Below are positions 56,020 to 62,574 of a stretch of DNA of 64,000 bases, piece after piece. A program made the position numbers and the translations under genes. Numbering within the stretch: position 1 is the stretch's first letter; each line of letters starts with the position of its first letter. The notes beneath the pieces are model-generated. The model was not told the origin of the DNA. It worked only from the letters and a program-made list of their open reading frames with translations, and ran no database searches. The DNA is from Candidatus Aenigmatarchaeota archaeon (GTDB lineage: Archaea > Aenigmatarchaeota > Aenigmatarchaeia > GW2011-AR5 > JAHLMP01), in assembly GCA_018920315.1 (NCBI GenBank), contig JAHLMP010000003.1, forward strand, positions 43,472 to 107,471, given 5' to 3'.

Positions 56020-56338
56020 TTTTAAAGGAAAATGGCTTTGATATCTCACACAAAAAATACTCTAATGCACTAATTCTAAATTTTTATCATGAGAAGAAGG
56101 ATTAAAAAAGAAGATGCAGAAACTACAGCCAAATCTATTTTCAAAGTTCTTGAAAATGGATTCGAAAAAACTAAGTTGAAACAGGAAATAAGAGAAAGAG
56201 CAGTTATGAGAGTATCTAAAATAAGCAAGGTTTAGCGAATAAAATACTTAGACAACTTGCGAGATTAGACAAGAGGTAGAGGAAGCTGTTAAAAATGCTG
56301 AATTTGTCATAAAGGAAATAGAAAAACTAATCCTCTAA
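56020..56338 (+). pseudogene. decayed HEPN gene remnant
   Basis: ...SNALILNFYHEKKD* and later ...EEAVKNAEFVIKEIEKLIL* align with the intact paralogue at 52806..53360 (LNALILYFYHEKKIEKEDVE...; ESLVETAKSNAIKFIEKVRSILEI). They are broken by stops and frameshifts, and the N-terminus is missing. Confidence 0.6.
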
Positions 56339-56445
56339 ATAAAAAATATGCAAAGAAAAAAATTCAAAATAAACTTTTATCATCAAACCAAGGAGATTTA
56401 AGATCTTTTGCCACTTGCTAGAGCTAAAGCATAGATTGGTTCATG
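56337..56445 (+). repeat. island repeat, copy F
   Basis: AAATAAAAAATATGCAAAGAAAAAAATTCAAAATAAAC...CCACTTGCTAGAGCTAAAGCATAGATTGGTTCATG. Confidence 0.75.
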
Positions 56446-56480
56446 TTCTATACCTTCGAGATCAAATAAAAGTCTTACGG

Positions 56481-56499
56481 AGTATAAAATATTTATACT
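56481..56499. promoter_or_regulatory. 8-bp-arm inverted repeat upstream of the NTase (candidate operator)
   Basis: AGTATAAA-ATA-TTTATACT, 21 nt upstream of the ATG at 56520. Confidence 0.4.
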
Positions 56500-56519
56500 T
56501 TCGTATACAAAAATTATAT

Positions 56520-57134
56520 ATGTTGAAAAGGCTCGTAATATCTAGAACAAGAGTCAAATTATTAAAACTATTTTTTTTAAATAGGGAAAGGGAATTCTAT
56601 CTAAGAGAAATAGCTAAATTAACAGGAGATAATTTAAATTCTGTGAGAAGAGAATTAAATAATCTGGTAAAAATTAAAATAATAGAAGAGAGAAAAAGAG
56701 GTAATCAAAAATTATATAAAGTCAACAAGAACTCCCCAATTCATGAAGAATTAAGAAAACTTATTTTGAAGACAGTCGGAATTGGTGATACACTTAGAGA
56801 GAACTTATTAAAATTAAATAACGTAGTATATGCTTTAATTTATGGTTCTTTTGCTACTGGAGAAGAAGTTGAAGAAAGCGATATAGATTTACTAATTGTT
56901 GGTGATTTAGATGAAGAAAAAGTTATCGAAGTAATAAGACGATTAGAATATGAACTAACAAGAGAAATCAACTATATTTTGTGGAGCACAAAAGAATTTG
57001 AAAAAAGAGTTAAGGAAAGGAACCATCTTCTTTTAGACATAGTTGAAAAACCTATAATTATGATTATAGGTGATGAAAATGAGTTTAGGAAAATTGTTAA
57101 GGGATGGATTAATAAGAAAAATAAGAGTCGATAA
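56520..57134 (+). CDS. wHTH-fused minimal nucleotidyltransferase (MNT-type)
   Basis: From the ATG at 56520: MLKRLVISRTRVKLLKLFF...YLREIAKLTGDNLNSVRRELNNLVKIKII and LIYGSFATGEEVEESDIDLLIVG. The track ORF begins at a TTG at 56415, inside repeat copy F. Confidence 0.85.
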   Translation: MLKRLVISRTRVKLLKLFFLNREREFYLREIAKLTGDNLNSVRRELNNLVKIKIIEERKRGNQKLYKVNKNSPIHEELRKLILKTVGIGDTLRENLLKLNNVVYALIYGSFATGEEVEESDIDLLIVGDLDEEKVIEVIRRLEYELTREINYILWSTKEFEKRVKERNHLLLDIVEKPIIMIIGDENEFRKIVKGWINKKNKSR

Positions 57135-57522
57135 AAGTTTAGTGAGAAAATCATTTTCCATAGCAGAAAGAGACTTAAACACAGCGAAAAAGGTTTTCGA
57201 AAGCGGAAGTTACGGTTGGTCTCTTGCTATAGCTTATAATTCAATGCTCCAAGCCGGAAGAGCTTTAATGTTTTTGAATGGGTTTAAGCCTACTAATCGA
57301 TATCAACATATAGCTGTAATTAGATTTACTCATATAGTTTTTGGTAAAGAAATTACTGATAGAATGATTAACATTTTTGATAGGTTGAGGGAAAAGAGAC
57401 ATAAGGTTGTGTATGAAGAGGTAGATATTATTTCTGAAGATGAAGCTAGGAATGCAATAGAATGGGCATGTGAATTCGTATCAAAAGTTAAAGAGATATT
57501 GAGAAAGAAAAAACTTATCTAG
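57073..57522 (+). CDS. HEPN domain protein
   Basis: ~149 aa that overlaps the NTase end. It has WSLAIAYNSMLQAGRALMFLNG...YQH and LREKRHKVVYEE, an R-x4-6-H-compatible block. Confidence 0.8.
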   Translation: MKMSLGKLLRDGLIRKIRVDKSLVRKSFSIAERDLNTAKKVFESGSYGWSLAIAYNSMLQAGRALMFLNGFKPTNRYQHIAVIRFTHIVFGKEITDRMINIFDRLREKRHKVVYEEVDIISEDEARNAIEWACEFVSKVKEILRKKKLI

Positions 57523-57532
57523 TTCTTTAAGT

Positions 57533-57675
57533 AAATAGCATGTAAAGGGAAAAATTCAAAGTAACTTTTATCATCAGACCAAGCGTACTTGAAATATTTT
57601 ACAGTAAGCTTTGTTCCGTTTGCTAAAACATAGATTGTTAACTGATTGACCACATTCACTTTTTCGGCATGTCTA
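57533..57675 (+). repeat. island repeat, copy G (full length, diverged)
   Basis: AAATAGCATGTAAAGGGAAAAATTCAAAGTAAC...CATAGATTGTTAACTGATTGACCACATTCACTTTTTCGGCATGTC, starting 10 nt after the HEPN stop. Confidence 0.75.
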
Positions 57676-57722
57676 TGGTTCGAATAGAAAGATTTAAATA
57701 GTATTATATATATTTATATAAT

Positions 57723-57986
57723 ATGCAAAGGCTACACTTGCTTCATTACCCAAGATTGGATACTGTGTTAATGGTAGAGGAAGCTATAAAAAAAGCCAAG
57801 GAATATCCATCAAAAAGACAGCTTTGGCTTTCCTTACCTAAAAAAATCATGTACCAGACATTTAATCTGATCTTAGAATATCTAGAAGAATCAGGAAAGA
57901 TTGTGATAAAGGGAGGAAAAATAATCTGGATATGGAACCCAGATTTGGTAGAGAAATATCTTAAATCAAAATTAGTGATCAAATGA
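57723..57986 (+). CDS. small hypothetical protein (possible wH / antitoxin-like)
   Basis: 87 aa. Its TGA overlaps the ATG of the following RelE-like pseudogene (ATGA at 57983-57986). Confidence 0.5.
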   Translation: MQRLHLLHYPRLDTVLMVEEAIKKAKEYPSKRQLWLSLPKKIMYQTFNLILEYLEESGKIVIKGGKIIWIWNPDLVEKYLKSKLVIK

Positions 57987-58314
57987 AAAATGAGAGGCAA
58001 GTTTTTGTTGTATTTGCCGATGAAAAGCTGAAATAAATTTTTGAAAAACTTAAAGAAAAGATCCAACTTTACATAAGTTCATCGCCAGAGCAATAAACGA
58101 TTTAAAAGAAAACCCATTTTGTGGAATAGCAATCCCAAAAAGATTGATACCAAAATTTTACATTCAAAGATACGAAATAAACAACCTTTGGAAGTATAAC
58201 TTACCTGGAGCATGGAGGCTTCTTTATTCTATTGCTGGTAATAGAGTAAGCATAATTGCAATAATTCTAGAATGGCTTTCTCATAAGGAATACGAAAGAA
58301 AATTCAAATATTAG
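57983..58314 (+). pseudogene. RelE/ParE-like toxin gene with premature stop and frameshift
   Basis: MKNERQVFVVFADEKLK* with a TAA at 58034-58036. After a frame change near 58055-58060 it reads KDPTLHKFIARAINDLKENPFCGIAIPKRLIPKFYIQRYEINNLWKYNLPGAWRLLYSIAGNRVSIIAIILEWLSHKEYERKFKY*. Confidence 0.6.
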
Positions 58315-58324
58315 TCTCTTTTAT

Positions 58325-58385
58325 AAACAGGACGTGAAGAAAATAATTCAAAATAGTTTTTCTTGTCAAACTTTGCTACTTGTCC
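58325..58385 (+). repeat. island repeat, copy H
   Basis: AAACAGGACGTGAAGAAAATAATTCAAAATAGTTTTTCTTGTCAAACTTTGCTACTTGTCC, starting 10 nt after the RelE-like stop. Confidence 0.7.
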
Positions 58386-58887
58386 GGTAATTGGTGTGTG
58401 GTAATTTTCAAAGTCAAAAGTAAAGCCCTTTTGTTTAAAGTATTTTATGTCATCTTGAGTTAAATAAACAGGAGCTTCACAAGCTATTGACCTAGTTCAG
58501 CTAACTTATTTGCTAGGTTTTGTTTTTCCAGTTTTATAATTTTTAGCAAAATCCTCTGGTTTAAAAATTTTTATCGCTTACTTCCTTAGTCTAATGAAAG
58601 TGCAAATTTTAAAATATTCTTTTATTTTGCTCTAGTGTATAGCCTTAGATCGTAGATTGATAGAGTTTTAAGGATGATATTTATCTGGTGTTACGTTTTC
58701 TTAATTTTCCTATCTTCTGGATTTTGAAATCGAAAAAGAAAAACCTTTTCAAATTAAAATTTTTCTCTTGACCTCTTTCTAATCAAGCTTTTGACAAAAA
58801 AAGCAAATTCAAAAATAATTTTTCGAAGAAATATTCTTATCTTAAAGAAAGATTCGCTCAAGTTTAAATTCCCTCAAGTTTAAAGAT

Positions 58888-61800
58888 TTATTTTATTCTC
58901 AATCCTCCACCGCTTCCGCCGGTAATTAATAAACTTCCTCCGCCTCCTGAAATTCTTATCCACGTTTCTTCAGGACCTAAAGTGACTGGTTCTTCTACTC
59001 CAACGCTTGTTGTTGGCTCTGGGGAAGCGTATTTGCGAACTAAAACCCAATCAATATATCTACTTGAGCCATTCCATTCATCTAAGTGTATATAGGTTCG
59101 AGAAGAATAAGTAGTATCCGTGGCTGATAACTTTTCTACTCCATCTCTAATTGCTTTTAAAGTACTTCCATACCAAATAAATTCTAAAGTATGATAAACA
59201 TTATTGCTATCACTATCTGAAATACTTGCTAAATCTGTTGAGGCTCCGTTTACCCATTTTCTAATTTTTGAAGTTATTCCAGACCATCCCCACCAAACAA
59301 TCTCATAACCATTATAAACATTTCCATATGTAGTAATTTGATCGTCAGAAAAAGCCATTGAAAATGCTTCATCCCAATCATCAGCAAACTCATATAACCT
59401 TATTGCATAACCAGAATTACTAGTCGAAACTGGATGAACCACTGCAGTTGCACTATCAGTTGAAGTAAGATGTAAATGTTTTCTTCCATTAGCCAATCTA
59501 ACTTTTGCTTCTCCTGTTCCTCCAACTCTTTTTGTTATCCAACCCCCTTGATTGTTAATATCAGTATCTGCTACATAAGATTCAAAATCATCAAAAAATA
59601 CAAAAGTGTTTACCCCATTGCTTGCTGAACTAGCACTTGGATTCCCATAATAAACATAAATCGTTTTCATTGAATTTGCTGGAATTAAAGGAACTTTTAC
59701 CCAGATTCTTGTAGTTATATTGAATTTTTTTCTTACAAAGAGGTCGTCAGGAGCAGTTGTTAATGCATTTGTACAACCCCAGCTAGAAGTAGGAGCAAAT
59801 GGACCGTTTCCACTGCTCCAAGAAGAATCATCAAAAGAAACATTATACCAATTAGAAGGCTGACAAGGATGAGCGCAGTAATAATACTTAAAAATAGGAT
59901 TAGCTGCGCAATTAGAATCTTTTGTAGATGTATTTGAATCATCATCAGACTGAGGGATTATTACTTGACCGTCTACAACAAGTTTTAAATCAAGTCCACC
60001 GGCTGATGTACCACTATTTTCACCACCATTTGCAACCCAACAAGCTAGCAAATTTTCTCCATCAACTAAATAGGGTGAAACATCAACTATTTTATTCCAA
60101 AAACTTACTACATGCGCTTCTGTTATGGCATCAAATACAAGGTTTCCATTCAAATAACATTTAGCACCATCATCGTAACCAACATACAAGACTCCTGTGT
60201 GATTCTCTATCCAATAATTCAAGAGAGTTGAGCCATCGGAATCTGTAAACCTTATATCACCAAAGTCGCTTCTCATCTTTCCTTGAGAAATTAAGCTTGC
60301 TGTATCTAAATTAACGAGAACTTGATAATCTGTAAGATTATTGGAATTTTGTATATTGGTTATGGTTATTGGTTTTCTATAACTAAAACCAATTATACTT
60401 GAATTTGAAATTGAAGTAACTTGCGGATTTCCATAATAAGCAAAAAAGCTCGTAACTCCAGAAGGAAGTTGGACGCTAAAGGACGTTTCGGTAGAATTTT
60501 CGGTTTCTTCACCCCAAACGCTTGTCGTTGGCTCTGGGGAAGCGTATTTTCGAACACGAATCCAATCATAACTTGTATCTTGAAGATCATATGTATCGTT
60601 TCTATTAAAAGTGCCTAGCTTTACATATCTTAAGTCCTTTGCCCAATTAATTCCTGTTCTAGTTATTATAGTGTTTCCATCTCTCCAAAGTTTAACAGTT
60701 CCTCCATTAACACTAATCCCAGTTATATACCAATTTCCTGTTGCAGCGTTCCAGCCAGTAGAGACAGCACTTGCAATATTATAAGAACCATTACTTCCAT
60801 CACCTATCCAATAGTATACAGTTTCTACACCATTATTTCTCATATAAAGTATTGTTGCATCAGCATTAGCATTGCCGCTTGCTGTATAAGGAGAAGAAGC
60901 CACCTCTGGAAGAACTCCTCCATAATTGCTAGCTAAAACTTCATGCTTTACCTTAACTTCAGCCATGTAACCATCTTGAATTCTGAAGTCAAATGCAGAA
61001 GTTCTTTCAATTCCTCCATTATTAATTCTTAAGATTGAGTTTGAAACAGAGTAATTGTTAGAATACGCTACCCATTTACTTGTATTCAAACTCGTCCCAA
61101 GAAAATCATCAAAGAAATCAAAAGTTGCATCACCATTGCTCATCGAGCTAGCACTTGGATTCCCATAATAAACATAAATCATTTTCATTGAATTTGCTGG
61201 AATTAAAGGAACTTTTACCCAGATTCTTGTAGTTATATTGAATTTTTTTCTTACAAAGAGGTCGTCAGGAGCAGTTGTTAATGCATTTGTACAACCCCAG
61301 CTAGAAGTAGGAGCAAATGGACCGTTTCCACTGCTCCAAGAAGAATCATCAAAAGAAACATTATACCAATTAGAAGGCTGACAAGGATGAGCGCAGTAAT
61401 AATACTTAAAAATAGGATTAGCTGCGCAATTAGAATCTTTTGTAGATGTATTTGAATCATCATCAGACTGAGGGATTATTACTTGACCGTCTACAACAAG
61501 TTTTAAATCAAGTCCACCGGCTGATGTACCACTATTTTCACCACCATTTGCAACCCAACAAGCTAGCAAATTTTCTCCATCAACTAAATAGGGTGAAACA
61601 TCAACTATTTTATTCCAAAAACTTACTACATGCGCTTCTGTTATGGCATCAAATACAAGGTTTCCATTCAAATAACATTTAGCACCATCATCGTAACCAA
61701 CATACAAGACTCCTGTGTGATTCTCTATCCAATAATTCAAGAGAGTTGAGCCATCGGAATCTGTAAACCTTATATCACCAAAGTCGCTTCTCATCTTTCC

Positions 61801-62574
61801 TTGAGAAATTAAGCTTGCTGTATCTAAATTAACGAGAACTTGATAATCTGTAAGATTATTGGAATTTTGTATATTGGTTATGGTTATTGGTTTTCTATAA
61901 CTAAAACCTTGAAGCCAGCAGCCTTGAATATTGTAAGAAAAATTTCTTGTCCATAGCGCGCTATCAAATGATCTGCTATCAGTAAACCTTATATCTCCGC
62001 AATCGCTTCTCATCTTACCTTGAGAGATTAAATAACTAGTATTTAAAGTAAAACTTATATAACTTGCATCATTTATTATAGGGCCCGTACCATTTATCTC
62101 CCTTCTACAACAAAAAACAGGGTCATCATGGAATTCAACTCTAACAAAACTTTCCTTTCCTTTAACATTTCTTGCGATAATAGTCGCGTTATAAGTTTTT
62201 CCTACCTCTACGCTATGAACAAACCAGGTAGCTTGATAAACTCCGTGGGTAGCGTTTCCTTCAACTAAAGAAAGATTTATGATCTCAATCCCAGCCATAT
62301 CGGCTTTAACGCTTTCAATTCCATATTCATCTTTTATCTCTGCTTTAATTATCATATAATCGCTCGGCTCAACTTTTATTGGCTCTACGCTTGCATTAAT
62401 AATTTCTGGTGATTTTGAAAATATAGAGATTATAAAGCCAGTTGGCGAAGTTAGATAAACAGAAAAGAATGCTAAGAGCATTAGAATTGCTACGAGGATT
62501 ATTAAATACTTTTTCATTTCAAACATTTTCATATTTATCATTATTTTAAAAAATAAAAATTTAATTCTTCTCAT
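58888..62574 (-). CDS. giant secreted surface protein with DUF2341-like and LamG/concanavalin-like modules
   Basis: 1228 aa with the signal anchor MKKYLIILVAILMLLAFFSVYL. It has three RKPITI.../GDIRFTD... (DUF2341-like) modules, FFDDF...W lectin-like modules and a Gly-rich C-terminus. Confidence 0.85.
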   Translation of the reverse strand: MRRIKFLFFKIMINMKMFEMKKYLIILVAILMLLAFFSVYLTSPTGFIISIFSKSPEIINASVEPIKVEPSDYMIIKAEIKDEYGIESVKADMAGIEIINLSLVEGNATHGVYQATWFVHSVEVGKTYNATIIARNVKGKESFVRVEFHDDPVFCCRREINGTGPIINDASYISFTLNTSYLISQGKMRSDCGDIRFTDSRSFDSALWTRNFSYNIQGCWLQGFSYRKPITITNIQNSNNLTDYQVLVNLDTASLISQGKMRSDFGDIRFTDSDGSTLLNYWIENHTGVLYVGYDDGAKCYLNGNLVFDAITEAHVVSFWNKIVDVSPYLVDGENLLACWVANGGENSGTSAGGLDLKLVVDGQVIIPQSDDDSNTSTKDSNCAANPIFKYYYCAHPCQPSNWYNVSFDDSSWSSGNGPFAPTSSWGCTNALTTAPDDLFVRKKFNITTRIWVKVPLIPANSMKMIYVYYGNPSASSMSNGDATFDFFDDFLGTSLNTSKWVAYSNNYSVSNSILRINNGGIERTSAFDFRIQDGYMAEVKVKHEVLASNYGGVLPEVASSPYTASGNANADATILYMRNNGVETVYYWIGDGSNGSYNIASAVSTGWNAATGNWYITGISVNGGTVKLWRDGNTIITRTGINWAKDLRYVKLGTFNRNDTYDLQDTSYDWIRVRKYASPEPTTSVWGEETENSTETSFSVQLPSGVTSFFAYYGNPQVTSISNSSIIGFSYRKPITITNIQNSNNLTDYQVLVNLDTASLISQGKMRSDFGDIRFTDSDGSTLLNYWIENHTGVLYVGYDDGAKCYLNGNLVFDAITEAHVVSFWNKIVDVSPYLVDGENLLACWVANGGENSGTSAGGLDLKLVVDGQVIIPQSDDDSNTSTKDSNCAANPIFKYYYCAHPCQPSNWYNVSFDDSSWSSGNGPFAPTSSWGCTNALTTAPDDLFVRKKFNITTRIWVKVPLIPANSMKTIYVYYGNPSASSASNGVNTFVFFDDFESYVADTDINNQGGWITKRVGGTGEAKVRLANGRKHLHLTSTDSATAVVHPVSTSNSGYAIRLYEFADDWDEAFSMAFSDDQITTYGNVYNGYEIVWWGWSGITSKIRKWVNGASTDLASISDSDSNNVYHTLEFIWYGSTLKAIRDGVEKLSATDTTYSSRTYIHLDEWNGSSRYIDWVLVRKYASPEPTTSVGVEEPVTLGPEETWIRISGGGGSLLITGGSGGGLRIK
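59630..60390. repeat. intragenic direct repeat, copy 1 (761 bp)
   Basis: Matches 61148..61908 at an offset of 1518 nt. The boundaries were read by eye. One mismatch was noted, G59663 vs A61181. The shadow ORFs 59760..59945 / 61278..61463 and 59928..60164 / 61446..61682 are identical. Confidence 0.9.
61148..61908. repeat. intragenic direct repeat, copy 2 (761 bp)
   Basis: See copy 1. Confidence 0.9.

Larger units (their letters stand above)
48590..58390. mobile_element. accessory cassette island (TA/defence-type genes bounded by a repeated element)
   Basis: The region contains only nucleotidyltransferase/HEPN pairs, DUF4143-type ATPases, pseudogenes and eight co-oriented copies of one repeat. 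It is flanked by mcm on one side and a giant surface-protein gene on the other. No recombinase gene was seen. Confidence 0.5.

Noticed and set aside
56415-56519. Upstream extension of the third plus-strand NTase ORF, from a TTG at 56415.
   Set aside because: The extension runs through repeat copy F and the candidate operator. Paralogues start at the equivalent of the ATG at 56520.
48590-58390. Classical integron (IntI plus attC sites).
   Set aside because: No integrase gene is present in the window. The repeats lack recognisable RYYYAAC / GTTRRRY core sites, and I could not see the imperfect long-range inverted symmetry of attC. The cassette-like layout is still reported as a finding, but without the integron label.
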